A stretch of 64,000 nt of DNA from Alphaproteobacteria bacterium (lineage in GTDB: Bacteria; Pseudomonadota; Alphaproteobacteria; MPNO01). The position numbers were made by a program, and so were the translations under genes. The notes under the pieces were generated by a model, which did no database searches, had not been told where the DNA came from, and worked only from the letters and a program-made list of their open reading frames with translations. Positions within the stretch are counted from its first letter, which is position 1. Each line of letters opens with the position of its first letter. The DNA lies in assembly GCA_964291675.2 (NCBI GenBank), contig OZ219866.1:2528001-2592000 (forward strand). The letters run 5' to 3'. Shown here piece by piece: positions 9,196 to 19,408 of this stretch.

Positions 9196-10521
9196 TCACC
9201 CCTCCTTGGAGCAGTCGCGCGGGGTGATGTTGTTCTCCTTGGCGTACTTGGCGGCCTCCTTCTCGACCTGCTCGCGCACGATGTCGTACATCGGCTTGTA
9301 CCACTTGGAGATCAGCTTCCACTGCTTGCCGTCCCATTGCTGGAAGATGACCGGCCCGCCGCCCTCATGGTCCTCGCAGGTGATGCGGTGCGCCTGCATG
9401 AAGTCCTTGAAGCCGAGCTTGGTCAGCTTGTCCTGGGTCAGGTTGAGGTTCTCCATGCCCCAGCGGACCTGCTCGCCGGTCATCGGCTTGTTGCCGAACT
9501 TGCCCATCGCGGTACGCATCGCTTCGGTGTCGTAGACCATGTTGGTCAGGCCGCGATTGTAGAGCACCTCGCCCCAGTTGTTCTTCTTCGCCGCCTCGAC
9601 ATCGCCGTTGTAGATCGTCTTCAGGATCTGCTGGTGGATGTCGTAGTTGGGGCCCACGCCGTGGAAGTTGGCCGCCTTGTACCCCTTGGCGGCTTCGCCC
9701 GCCGGGCGGACGTCGCTCTCGGAGCCGGACCACCAGACGCCGATGAACTTGTCCATCGGGAACCTGATGGCGGCGGCCTCCTTGATGGCGACCTGGTTCA
9801 TCACCCCCCAGCCCCACATGAAGATGTAGTCGGGCTTCTGGCGGCGGATCTGCAGCCAGGTCGATTTCTGCTCCTGGCCCGGGTGGTCGACGGCAAGCAG
9901 GCCGAGATCGTAGCCGTGCTTCTCCGCCAGGATCTTCAGCGTCGGGATCGGCTCCTTGCCATAGGCCGAGTTGTGGTAGATCAGCGTGATCTTCTTGCCC
10001 TTGAGCTTGTCGAGCCCGCCCTCCTGCTCGCCGACATACTTGATGAACGCCGTCGCCTGGCTCCAGTAGCTGGTCGGCGCGGTGAACGCCCATTTGAAGA
10101 CGCGCCCGTCGCCCGCCGCCGTGCGGCCGTAACCCATCGAATGGATCGGCACCTTGTCGACGAAGGCCTTGGGGATCAGCTGGTAGGTGATGCCGGTGCT
10201 GAAGGGGTTGACGATGGCGGCGCCGGTCGGACCCTTCTTCTTCAGCTTCTCGTAGCATTCCACGCCGAGCTTGGTGTTGTACTTGGTCTCGCACTCCTCC
10301 CAGACCAGCTTGACGCCGTTGATGCCGCCGTCCCGCGCGTTGAGGAGCTTGAGATAGTCGACCATGCCGTTCGCCGCCGGAATTCCGTTCGGCGCGTAGG
10401 GGCCGGTGCGGTAGACCAGCAGCGGGATGAACATTTCTCCCGCCGCCATGGCGGTCACCGGAACCGCGGGCAGCCCGACGGCCGCCGCGGTCAACAGCAG
10501 GCCCAACTTCTTGAGATTCAT
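9196..10521 (-). CDS. ABC transporter substrate-binding protein (Liv/PBP1 type)
   Basis: Signal peptide from MNLKKLG; YRTGPYAPNG, NARDGGINGV, ITCEDHEG. Confidence 0.9.
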   Translation of the reverse strand: MNLKKLGLLLTAAAVGLPAVPVTAMAAGEMFIPLLVYRTGPYAPNGIPAANGMVDYLKLLNARDGGINGVKLVWEECETKYNTKLGVECYEKLKKKGPTGAAIVNPFSTGITYQLIPKAFVDKVPIHSMGYGRTAAGDGRVFKWAFTAPTSYWSQATAFIKYVGEQEGGLDKLKGKKITLIYHNSAYGKEPIPTLKILAEKHGYDLGLLAVDHPGQEQKSTWLQIRRQKPDYIFMWGWGVMNQVAIKEAAAIRFPMDKFIGVWWSGSESDVRPAGEAAKGYKAANFHGVGPNYDIHQQILKTIYNGDVEAAKKNNWGEVLYNRGLTNMVYDTEAMRTAMGKFGNKPMTGEQVRWGMENLNLTQDKLTKLGFKDFMQAHRITCEDHEGGGPVIFQQWDGKQWKLISKWYKPMYDIVREQVEKEAAKYAKENNITPRDCSKEG

Positions 10522-10659
10522 GGCATCCTCCCTCGAGGTGATTGACGATTGCGTCCGCCGGAGCATTCCCGGCCCAGCCAAGCCCGTTTCCGCGATTCCG
10601 CCGGCCCGAAACGCCGCAGAAACGCTATCACGCGTCCGAATCCAGCGTCAACCGCGCCC

Positions 10660-11736
10660 TCAATAGGGGAACGGCCATCGCCTGAGCTTCTCCTTGCCGA
10701 TCTGCCACAGCCGGGCCAGCCCGGCCGGCTCGAAGATCAGGAACACGATGATCAGCGAGCCGAAAATCATGACCTCCAGATGCTTCTGGAAGTCGACCGG
10801 CATCGACAGCCCGACCAGCTGGGGCGCGTTGGTAAGAAAAATCGGCAGCAGCCAAATAAAGGCGGCTCCCAGATAAGCCCCCAGAATACTGCCCAGCCCG
10901 CCGATGATGATCATGAACAGGACATCGAAAGAAACGAAAATATCGAATGCTTCGGTCTCCGCGCTGCCGAGATAGGAAAACAGCAGCAACGCTCCCGCGA
11001 CGCCGCAATAGAAGGAGCTGATGGCGAAAGCGAGCAGCTTGTTGGGAAGCAGGCGGATGCCGATGATCTCGGCGGCGATATCCATGTCGCGGATCGCCAT
11101 CCAGTGCCGCCCGATCCTGCTGCGCACCAGGTTCTTGGCGATCAGCCCGGCGACGATGCACAGGGTGAGGACCAGCAGATAGCGCGTCTCGGCGGTCGCC
11201 GTCGGGCCGGTGAGCATGATGCCGGCGACTTCGCGCGGCGGCGCGGTGATGGTTCCGCTGGAGTGGTAATTGTACCACCAGGGAACCCGGTTGAACATCC
11301 AGACCAGGAAGAACTGCGCCGCCAGCGTGGCGACCGCGAGATAAAATCCCTTGATGCGCAGGCTGGGGAGGCCGAACACGATGCCGACCAGCGCCGTCGC
11401 CACGCCGGACAGGACAAAAACGACGATGATGTTGAGTTCCGGGAACCCGGTGGTCAGCTTGTAGGCGGAATAGGCGCCCATCGCCATGAAGGCGCCCGTG
11501 CCGAGCGACAGCTGGCCGGCGTAGCCGGTGAGAATGTTGAGCCCCAGCGCGGCGATCGAAAAGATCATCATCGGAATCAGCACCGCCTGGAGCATGTATT
11601 CCGATGCCATGAGCGGTACCGCGAGATAGGCGAACAGGATCAGGGCGAAGAGGAAGACGCGATCCTGGAAAATCGGAAAAATCGCCTGGTCGGCGGCATA
11701 GCTCGTCTTGAACTGGCCGGTCTCCCGGTAGAGCAT
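10660..11736 (-). CDS. Branched-chain amino acid-type ABC permease (LivM-like)
   Basis: GYAGQLSLG, LRIKGFYLAVATLA, IIGGLGS. Confidence 0.92.
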   Translation of the reverse strand: MLYRETGQFKTSYAADQAIFPIFQDRVFLFALILFAYLAVPLMASEYMLQAVLIPMMIFSIAALGLNILTGYAGQLSLGTGAFMAMGAYSAYKLTTGFPELNIIVVFVLSGVATALVGIVFGLPSLRIKGFYLAVATLAAQFFLVWMFNRVPWWYNYHSSGTITAPPREVAGIMLTGPTATAETRYLLVLTLCIVAGLIAKNLVRSRIGRHWMAIRDMDIAAEIIGIRLLPNKLLAFAISSFYCGVAGALLLFSYLGSAETEAFDIFVSFDVLFMIIIGGLGSILGAYLGAAFIWLLPIFLTNAPQLVGLSMPVDFQKHLEVMIFGSLIIVFLIFEPAGLARLWQIGKEKLRRWPFPY

Positions 11737-11739
11737 GAC

Positions 11740-12678
11740 TCAGACCCTCTCGATGATGCGCTCGCCGAACAGGCCTTGCGGACGGACGAACAGGAAGGCG
11801 AGCGCGAGCACGTAGGCGAACCAGTTCTCGATGGCGCCGCCCACCGCGGGGCCCCAGTAGACCTCGGCGATCTTCTCGCCGACGCCGATGATCAGCCCGC
11901 CGACGATCGCCCCCGGCACCGAGGTGAACCCGCCCAGGATGAGCACCGGGAGCGCCTTCAGCGCGATCAGCGAGAGCGAGAACTGCACCCCGCTCTTGGC
12001 GCCCCAGACGATGCCCGCGACCAGCGCCACGATGCCGGCGACCGACCAGACGATGATCCAAATCTTCTTCAGCGGGATACCCACCGCGAGCGCCGCCTGG
12101 TGGTCGTCGGCGACGGCGCGCAAGGCCCGCCCGGTCGGCGTGTACTGGAAGAAGAAGGCGAGCCCCGCCACCAGCAGCGCGCAGGCCAGCGCGGCGATCA
12201 GCTCGAAGCTGTTGACCAGCATGCCGGCGATGTCGAGCGGGACATCCGGGACTCCGATATCGAGCTTCTTGACGTTGGAGCCCCACAGCGTCTCCCCGAA
12301 CCCTTCGAGAAAGAAGGTGAGCCCGATCGTCGCCATGAACAGGATGATGTCCGGCTGGTTGATGAGGTGCCGCAGCACCAGGAGCTCGACCAGATAGGCC
12401 AGCGCTACCATCGCGCCCACGGTGACGATGAAGCCGAGCCAGACCGGCAGCCCGAGCTCCATCAGCCCGACCAGGGTCAGCGCGGCAAACAGAACCATCG
12501 CCCCCTGCGCGAAGTTGAACACCCCGGACGCCTTGAAGATCAGCACGAAGCCGAGCGCCACCAGAGAGTAGAGCACGCCGGTCAGCAGGCCGTTGAACAC
12601 GACTTCGCCGAAGAAGACCGGGAAATCGGCGGCGATCTGGACGAACGGCGTGATGGTGACCGATTCGATGAACTCCAT
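11740..12678 (-). CDS. Branched-chain amino acid-type ABC permease (LivH-like)
   Basis: YSLVALGFVLIFKASGVFNFAQG, LGGFTS, RPQGLFG. Confidence 0.92.
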   Translation of the reverse strand: MEFIESVTITPFVQIAADFPVFFGEVVFNGLLTGVLYSLVALGFVLIFKASGVFNFAQGAMVLFAALTLVGLMELGLPVWLGFIVTVGAMVALAYLVELLVLRHLINQPDIILFMATIGLTFFLEGFGETLWGSNVKKLDIGVPDVPLDIAGMLVNSFELIAALACALLVAGLAFFFQYTPTGRALRAVADDHQAALAVGIPLKKIWIIVWSVAGIVALVAGIVWGAKSGVQFSLSLIALKALPVLILGGFTSVPGAIVGGLIIGVGEKIAEVYWGPAVGGAIENWFAYVLALAFLFVRPQGLFGERIIERV

Positions 12679-12702
12679 GCCCGGTTCTCCGCCCGCCCGC
12701 CG

Positions 12703-13518
12703 TCAGTCGCGGACCACGCCGAGATAGGCGTTGACCACGTCTTCGTTGCCGCGCACCTCGTCGGGCGAGCCGTCGGCGATCAGGCGGCCGTAATCGAGCA
12801 CCACCACGCGGTCGGAGATGTCCATCACCACCCCCATATCGTGCTCGATGAGGGCGATGGTGGTGCCGAACTCGTCGTTCACGTCGAGAACGAACCGGCA
12901 CATGTCTTCCTTTTCCTCTGAGTTCATGCCCGCCATCGGCTCGTCCAGCAGCAGCAGATCCGGCTCCGCCGCGAGCGCCCGGCCAAGCTCGACGCGCTTC
13001 TGCAGACCGTAGGGCAGGCGTCCGACCGGGACCCGGCGGATCGCCTCGATCTCGAGGAACTCGATCACCCGTTCGACATGCGCCCGGTGTTCCAGCTCCT
13101 CGCGCCGGGCCGGGCCGAGATAGAGCGCCTGCCACAGGAAATTGCGGCGCATCATGGTGTTGCGCCCGGTCATGATGTTGTCGAGCGTGCTCATGCCGCG
13201 GAACAGGGCGATGTTCTGGAAGGTGCGCGCGATTCCCTGACGCGCCGCCTGGTCCGGCCGCATCCTGGTGCGGGTCTCGCCCTTGTAGGTGATGGTTCCG
13301 TCGTCGGGGTGGTAGAAGCCGTTGATCACGTTGAGCATCGACGACTTGCCGGCGCCGTTGGGGCCGATGATCGCACGGATCTCGCCCTCGCGGATGTCGA
13401 AGCTCACGTCGTCCAGCACGGTGACGCCGCCGAACGCCAGCGAGATCCGGTTGAGGCTGAGGATCGAGCCGTCCGCCGCGGGATCTGCGTCGGTGCCGGC
13501 CGGCGCCGCATGGTTCAT
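12703..13518 (-). CDS. ABC transporter ATP-binding protein (LivG-like)
   Basis: GPNGAGKS, ARTFQN, LDEPMAGMN, IEHDM; start MNHAAP overlaps the upstream stop. Confidence 0.92.
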   Translation of the reverse strand: MNHAAPAGTDADPAADGSILSLNRISLAFGGVTVLDDVSFDIREGEIRAIIGPNGAGKSSMLNVINGFYHPDDGTITYKGETRTRMRPDQAARQGIARTFQNIALFRGMSTLDNIMTGRNTMMRRNFLWQALYLGPARREELEHRAHVERVIEFLEIEAIRRVPVGRLPYGLQKRVELGRALAAEPDLLLLDEPMAGMNSEEKEDMCRFVLDVNDEFGTTIALIEHDMGVVMDISDRVVVLDYGRLIADGSPDEVRGNEDVVNAYLGVVRD

Positions 13519-15476
13519 GCGGCGCTCCTCGCGGCGGCGGCGATGTCGCGGACCTGGATATCGGCGCTGACCGTGCCCTTGCGCCCGTCCTCGAAGGTGA
13601 CTTCGGTCTCGATCGCGCAACGATCGCGGTCGGAATAGAGCGCCTCGACCAGGCTGTCGTACTTGTCGGCTACGTGCCGTCGGCGCACCTTGCGGGTGCG
13701 GGTCAGCTCCCCGTCATCGGCGTCCAGCTGCTTGTGCAGCACCAGGAACCGCCGGATCTGGGCGCCCGCCAGGCTGGAATCCGCCGCGAGGTCCCGGTTC
13801 ACCTGCTCCACCCGGTCCTGGACGATGTCGTAGACCTGGGGCAGCCCGGCCAGCTCCTGGTAGCTGGCGTAGGAGATGCCGTTGCGCTCGGCCCAGTCGC
13901 CCACCGCCTCGAGGTCGATGTTGATCAACGCCGTCACGTAGTCCCGCTCGTGGCCGAAGCTGACCGCCTCGAATATGTCGGGGAAGAACTTGAGCTTGTT
14001 CTCGATATATTTGGGGGCGAACATCGTGCCGTCGTTGAGCTGGCCGACATCCTTGGCCCGGTCGATGATCTTGAGATGGCCCTCGTCGTCGACGAATCCG
14101 GCATCGCCGGTGCGGCACCAACCGTCCCCGGTCTTGGTCTCCGCGGTGGCTTCCGGGTTGCGGAAATACTCGACGAACACGCCGGGGCTGCGGAACTGCA
14201 CCTCGTTGTCCTCGATTCTGAGCTCGACCCCGGTCGCCGGCCGGCCCACGGTGTCCGACCGGACCTCCCCGTCCGGCTGGATGGTGATGAACACGCTCGC
14301 CTCGGTCATGCCGTAGAGCTGCTTCAGGTTGAGCCCGATGCTGCGGAAGAAGTCGAAGATGTCGGGGCCGATCGCCTCCCCCGCCGTGTAGGCGACGCGG
14401 ACGCGCGTCAGCCCCAGCGTGTTCAGCAGCGGCCGGTAGATCAGGGTCGAGCCGAGGGCGTAGCGGAACCGTCCGGCCGCGCCCACCTTCTGCCCGTCGA
14501 GGATCCTCTTGCCGTACAGCTTGGCGACTTCGAGGAAGTGGAAGAACAGCTTGCGCTTGAGCCAGCTCGAATCCTGGATGCGGATCATGACCGTCGTCAG
14601 CACGTTCTCGAATATGCGCGGCGGCGCGAAGAAATAGGTCGGCCCGATCTCCCACAGATCGTTGAGCACGGTGTCCGCCGATTCAGGGCAGCAGACGCAG
14701 AACCCGGCGACCAAAGACTGCCCGCACGAGAACATGTGGTCGCCGACCCAGGCCATGGGCAGATAGGCGAGCACCTCGTCGGTCTCCCGCAGCCCTTCGA
14801 GGCGCACCGAGTTGAGCGCGCTGACCAGGATGTTGCGGTAGGACAGCACGACGCCCTTGGGGTTCCCCGTCGTGCCCGAGGTATAGAGGATGACCGAGGT
14901 GTCGTCGGCCGAGCCCCGGTCCACCTCCGCGTCGTAGAAATCCGGCTGCGCCGCATCGCGGGCGCGGCCTTCGCGCATCAGGAATTCGGTGCTGTAGAGG
15001 CCGCCCGCTTCGTAGTCCCGAAGACCGCGCGGATCGTCATAGATCACCGCTTCGATGGTGGGGCAGTCGTCCTTGACTTCGAGAACCTTGTCGACCTGTT
15101 CCTGGTCTTCCGCGAAGACGAAGCGCACCTCGGCATTGTTGAGCACGTAGCGCGTCTCGTCGGCCACCGAGTCCTGGTAGATCGGCACCGGCACGCCGCC
15201 GAGCGACTGGACCGCGAGCATGGCGTTGTAGAGCACCGGCCGGTTGTCGCCGATGATCGACACCCGGTCGCCGCGCTCCAGGCCGAGCGTCTTCAGACCG
15301 CAGGCGATCTCCCGCACGCGGGTCGCGGCTTCGCCCCAGCTCATGGTCTGCCAGATGCCGAGGTGCTTTTCCCTGAGGCAGGGCCGGTCGCCCCGGGTCG
15401 CCGCGTTCCAGCGCAGCAGCTTCGGCGACGTGTCGTGGCTCGCCAGGTCGGGAAGCGTGGCCGCGGTGCCGGTCAT
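13515..15476 (-). CDS. Long-chain acyl-CoA synthetase (AMP-forming)
   Basis: YTSGTTGNPKG, YGMTE, RTGDAG, ELTRTRKVRR. Confidence 0.92.
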   Translation of the reverse strand: MTGTAATLPDLASHDTSPKLLRWNAATRGDRPCLREKHLGIWQTMSWGEAATRVREIACGLKTLGLERGDRVSIIGDNRPVLYNAMLAVQSLGGVPVPIYQDSVADETRYVLNNAEVRFVFAEDQEQVDKVLEVKDDCPTIEAVIYDDPRGLRDYEAGGLYSTEFLMREGRARDAAQPDFYDAEVDRGSADDTSVILYTSGTTGNPKGVVLSYRNILVSALNSVRLEGLRETDEVLAYLPMAWVGDHMFSCGQSLVAGFCVCCPESADTVLNDLWEIGPTYFFAPPRIFENVLTTVMIRIQDSSWLKRKLFFHFLEVAKLYGKRILDGQKVGAAGRFRYALGSTLIYRPLLNTLGLTRVRVAYTAGEAIGPDIFDFFRSIGLNLKQLYGMTEASVFITIQPDGEVRSDTVGRPATGVELRIEDNEVQFRSPGVFVEYFRNPEATAETKTGDGWCRTGDAGFVDDEGHLKIIDRAKDVGQLNDGTMFAPKYIENKLKFFPDIFEAVSFGHERDYVTALINIDLEAVGDWAERNGISYASYQELAGLPQVYDIVQDRVEQVNRDLAADSSLAGAQIRRFLVLHKQLDADDGELTRTRKVRRRHVADKYDSLVEALYSDRDRCAIETEVTFEDGRKGTVSADIQVRDIAAAARSAA

Positions 15477-15648
15477 GACAGGCTTTCCGTCCGGCGCCGG
15501 AGGCGCCGGTCGACATCCGCAATTCCGCTCCGCCGCGCGCGCATCGGGCCATCCCGGGACAGGCTGAAGACGTGACCCGCGATTCTATGGCTCAGCGCCG
15601 CCGCATTGGCAACCGAATATCGTCCAGGCGCCGGTCCGCGGCGCGGGT

Positions 15649-16581
15649 TCAGCCCGTCTGGCGCGCCGCCGCCGCCCGCACCACCTCTTGCAGGACGCGG
15701 AACGATGCCATGCTCTCGGCGGAGCGCCGCCAGACGATGCCGGTCCGGTGACGGTGCTTCCCGAACTCGATCGGCAAGGGCTTCAGAGCGGGTGCGGCGA
15801 TCGCTTCGAGGAACGGCAAGGGAAGCCAGGAAAGGTAGGGACCGGTCCCCAGCAGGAACAGCCCGGTCGCGCCGGCGCTTATGACGGTGGCGACCCGCCG
15901 CCTGGTGACTTCGTGGAGTTCGTCGAGCACCGTGGCCAGGGAAGGCCGGCCGTTGCCGTTCCGCAGCCCGGCCGGCGAGATCCCGTCATAGTCGATCCAC
16001 GGACAATCGGCGAGGGCGGGAAGCGCTACCTCTTCCTCGTGGAACGGATGATCCCGGTGCGCGACGATGCCCCATGTGACCTTGAGAGGGGTTTCCCGCT
16101 TCAGCCACGGCGGAAGCGCTTCCAGCGTATCGATACCGCCGCAATGAAGGTCGCTCTCCCCTTCCTCCAGCCGGCGCAGCCCCTCGCTCACATTCGCGGT
16201 CCGCAGCTTCAGCTCGATCCCGGGGCAGGCGTCGCGGAAATCGGCGATGGCGGCGGGCAGGACCGCCTGCATCCATACCGGGCTCGCGGTAATCCGGATG
16301 CGGCCCGACCGGCCGCCGACCAGATCCTTGATCTTGCTCTCGGCGATCTCGATTTCCTCGAGAATGCGACGCGCCAGCTCGGTGGCCGTGGCCCCGAGCT
16401 CGGTGAGCCGCACGCCGGTCGGAACGCGTTCGAATAGCTGCCCGCCGAATTGGTCCTCGAGTCTCGCGATGACGCGGGACAGCGCCGGTTGGGTGATCGC
16501 CAGACGGTCGGCTGCCGCGAGAATCTTTCCCGTGTCCGCGACCGCGAGAAACTTGATCAGATCGCTTCGCCTTTCGAACAT
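15649..16581 (-). CDS. LysR-family transcriptional regulator
   Basis: AADRLAITQPALSRVIARLE..G.QLFER HTH plus C-terminal substrate-binding domain. Confidence 0.9.
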   Translation of the reverse strand: MFERRSDLIKFLAVADTGKILAAADRLAITQPALSRVIARLEDQFGGQLFERVPTGVRLTELGATATELARRILEEIEIAESKIKDLVGGRSGRIRITASPVWMQAVLPAAIADFRDACPGIELKLRTANVSEGLRRLEEGESDLHCGGIDTLEALPPWLKRETPLKVTWGIVAHRDHPFHEEEVALPALADCPWIDYDGISPAGLRNGNGRPSLATVLDELHEVTRRRVATVISAGATGLFLLGTGPYLSWLPLPFLEAIAAPALKPLPIEFGKHRHRTGIVWRRSAESMASFRVLQEVVRAAAARQTG

Positions 16582-16662
16582 GTCGCCGCTTCAGGTTCCC
16601 CCCCGGGAAGGCTCCAACGCCTCCCGCAACGCAGATTTGGGACGCGAACGGTCGCCCACCCA

Positions 16663-16699
16663 ATACCGATTTCGGATCGGGCTGATAAACTTCCGCAAT
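16663..16699. promoter_or_regulatory. Two T-N11-A LysR-type boxes in the divergent lysR/VOC intergenic region
   Basis: ATACCGATTTCGGAT (16663-16677) and ATAAACTTCCGCAAT (16685-16699) in an AT-rich patch. Confidence 0.45.
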
Positions 16700-16742
16700 G
16701 AGCGGCGGCTCGCGGCCGCGCGCCCGAAAGCGGAGGCCCCCC

Positions 16743-17210
16743 ATGATCCGGATCAACGGCATGGCGCATGTCGTCCTGACCGTGAGCCGCTTCGACGAAG
16801 CTCGCGCGTTCTATTGCGAGTTGCTGCCGTTTCTCGGCATGCACAAGGTCTATGACGGCAACAACTTCGTCTATCACGTGGGCGGGCGAACGGCGCTCGG
16901 CATCCAGCGTGCCGCACCGGAATGGGAGGGCGAACGCTTCGTGCGAAACCGGGTCGGCCTGCACCATCTGTGTTTCCGCGCCCGTTCGCGCGAGGACGTG
17001 GACATGGCGGCGGCCAGGCTGCGCGGGATGGGGGCGAAGATCGACCGCGGGCCGATGGAGGGCGATTGGGCGCCCGGCTACTACTTCTTCGTCTTCGAGG
17101 ACCCGGACGGCATACGGCTCGAGATCAACCACGTTCCCGGCAAGGGCCTGCTGGCGGGCGACAGCCCGCTCTCGCCCAGCGACGACCCGGACTGGGACCA
17201 GGACCCGTGA
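16743..17210 (+). CDS. VOC/glyoxalase family protein
   Basis: GMAHVVLTV, GLHHLCFRARSRE.VD, FEDPDGIRLEIN. Confidence 0.9.
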   Translation: MIRINGMAHVVLTVSRFDEARAFYCELLPFLGMHKVYDGNNFVYHVGGRTALGIQRAAPEWEGERFVRNRVGLHHLCFRARSREDVDMAAARLRGMGAKIDRGPMEGDWAPGYYFFVFEDPDGIRLEINHVPGKGLLAGDSPLSPSDDPDWDQDP

Positions 17211-17470
17211 GCCGGTCGCGCGCGCTCGATACGCCCGCCCCGCGGGGCGCGGGGCGCGGGGCGAAACGATTCCCGGGACGTCTTCAGGATTCTGTTGAGT
17301 GTCGACGGCAAATCGCGCATGCTCGTCCGGTTAACGAGGTTCGCCAAAGCGGCCGACGGGTCGGCTTTCGGTTTGCCGTGAGGCAATCTGAACGCAGCGC
17401 CGCACGCCGCTGCCAGCAACGTGCGGTTGAAAACCGCTTCTTTTTCTGATGCGCAGGCATTGCGAGTGGC

Positions 17471-18397
17471 ATGAAGGAGCGTGGTCCCTATCGCATCCCG
17501 TCGATCAGCGCGTTGATCGCCTTTGAGAGCGCCGCGAGAAAGGGCAGCTTTACCGGCGCCGCGGAAGAATTGCGCACTTCGCAATCCGCGCTCAGCCGCC
17601 GCATCGCCGCCCTGGAAGACCAGCTCTCGACCCGGCTGTTCGAACGTTCCAGGTCCGGCGTGACGCTGACTCCCGCCGGATTTCGTTTCCGCGATGCAGT
17701 CGTCGCGGGGCTCGGGGTCATTCAGGTCGGCACCGAGGAAGCCGCCGGCCGGCCGGAAACGGGAGACGTGGCGATCGCGTGTTCCCACGACGTGTCCCAG
17801 CTCGTGATGTTCCCGCGCCTCGGCGCGCTGCGGGAAGCGCTCGGCAGCGAGGTCGGGACACGCATCCTGATCCACCGGAGCTCGCCGCAATATCGACACG
17901 TCGAGCCGAACGCCGACATGGTCGTGACCTGGAGCGCCGATGACGCGCTTCCCGGCATCGCCGCCGGCGACGCGGCGGTGATCCTCAGAGAGGAAATACA
18001 GCCGATCTGTTCGCCGGAATATGCCGCCGCCCACGCGGAGATCGTCCGCGGGCCCGTTGCCGGTTGGGGGGCGTTGACCCTCCTCGACCTGTCCCAGCCC
18101 AATATGGGATGGACGTCCTGGTCCGACTGGTTCGAGAGCGCAGGAGGCCCGGCGCAGCCTGCTCGCTTCGAGCTGCTCGACAGCTACATTCAGGTGCTGG
18201 AAGCGACTGCCTGCGGGCGCGGCATCGCCATGGGCTGGCGCCACTTTATCGAGCGCTATCTCGATGCCGGCGCGGTCGTCGCGCTCGGCGGGGGATTTGT
18301 CGAATTCGGCAACAGGCTGGTCGCCGTTCTCACCGAGACCGGCCGCAACAACCCCAACGCCCGGCGATGCCTCTCGCTGCTCCGGCTGTCGGGGTAG
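17471..18397 (+). CDS. LysR-family regulator (GcvA-like)
   Basis: LIAFESAARKGSFTGAAEELRTSQSALSRRIAALE HTH; WSDWF and G.GIAMGW in the C-domain. Confidence 0.9.
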   Translation: MKERGPYRIPSISALIAFESAARKGSFTGAAEELRTSQSALSRRIAALEDQLSTRLFERSRSGVTLTPAGFRFRDAVVAGLGVIQVGTEEAAGRPETGDVAIACSHDVSQLVMFPRLGALREALGSEVGTRILIHRSSPQYRHVEPNADMVVTWSADDALPGIAAGDAAVILREEIQPICSPEYAAAHAEIVRGPVAGWGALTLLDLSQPNMGWTSWSDWFESAGGPAQPARFELLDSYIQVLEATACGRGIAMGWRHFIERYLDAGAVVALGGGFVEFGNRLVAVLTETGRNNPNARRCLSLLRLSG

Positions 18398-18490
18398 CGC
18401 GGACAAGCGGCGACGAAATCGACGGGTACGGGAAGAGTTGGGCGCCCGTTGCGAACCCGCCGGACTCCGCATCGCCCCGCCGAGACGGTC

Positions 18491-18796
18491 TCAGACCGCC
18501 CGGTCGCAATCGGAACGGTTGGCGGCCTCGGCCACGCCGGCCTCGATGACGCACAGACCCTCGACCACCGCATCGCGGAAACGGCAACCCGCTTCGGTGA
18601 GGCTCAGCCCCGACCGCGAGCGTTCGAACAGCCGGATCGACAGCTGTTTCTCGAGCCCCGCCACGCGGCTGCGGACCGCCGATTGGGAGATCCGCAATTC
18701 CTTGGCCGCGCCCGCGAAGCTGCCATTCCGCGCGGCGCTTTCGAACGCGATCAGCGCGCTTTCCGCAGGGATCCGAATTGAGCCTTTGTAAAGCAT
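18491..18796 (-). CDS. LysR HTH-only protein (paralog of 17471..18397), possibly a remnant
   Basis: 101 aa; RIPAESALIAFESAARNGSF...RLFERSRSGLSLT closely matches the N-terminus of the full-length neighbour; no effector domain. Confidence 0.7.
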   Translation of the reverse strand: MLYKGSIRIPAESALIAFESAARNGSFAGAAKELRISQSAVRSRVAGLEKQLSIRLFERSRSGLSLTEAGCRFRDAVVEGLCVIEAGVAEAANRSDCDRAV

Positions 18797-18892
18797 ATCT
18801 TGTAGAGTATCATACCATATCCCTGACGGAATGTCAAAATTACCAAATCACGGGACGGGTGTTCCGCGGGTTCGCATCTCGCCGCCTTCGAT

Positions 18893-18907
18893 ATGTCGAT
18901 ACAGCAT
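18893..18907. promoter_or_regulatory. Putative LysR box (ATG-N9-CAT dyad, T-N11-A) between the divergent HTH-only genes
   Basis: ATGTCGATACAGCAT in an AT-rich intergenic region. Confidence 0.4.
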
Positions 18908-19099
18908 GGTTTTCCATCAATTCCGCATTTGCCTTTTGGCCGCGAACCGGATACCGGATTCGGGGGCAGGAAGCACGCTCCGGCGCCTGCATGCGAGACG
19001 CGCACCGGCCGGAGAGGCCGCGGGCCATCGACCGGGAGGCGTTCGCGATGCCGCGGGACGCCGGAACGACAACCCGCCGGGCCCTGAAACAGGTACATC

Positions 19100-19408
19100 A
19101 TGGAACAAATCGACACATACCGGATCCCGTCCGAAGCCACGCTGATCGCGTTCGAGAGCGTCGCCCGGCTGGGCAGCTTCTCGCACGCCGCGGCGGAGCT
19201 GGGCACCGCCCGGTCCACGGTCATGCGCCGGGTCGCCGACCTCGAGCGGCAGCTTGCCACGCGGCTTCTCGAACCGTCCCGGATGGGCCTCGCCCCGACC
19301 GAAGAGGGCCGGCGCCTGTACGAAGCCGTCGCCAGGGGGCTGAGGATCATCGAGGAAGCCGTCGCCGAAGCCGACGCGCCGCCCACGGGTCGCCCGCCGG
19401 ATCAATAG
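19100..19408 (+). CDS. LysR HTH-only protein, possibly a remnant
   Basis: 102 aa; YRIPSEATLIAFESVARLGSFSHAAAELG...; stop overlaps the convergent tadG-like gene. Confidence 0.7.
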   Translation: MEQIDTYRIPSEATLIAFESVARLGSFSHAAAELGTARSTVMRRVADLERQLATRLLEPSRMGLAPTEEGRRLYEAVARGLRIIEEAVAEADAPPTGRPPDQ

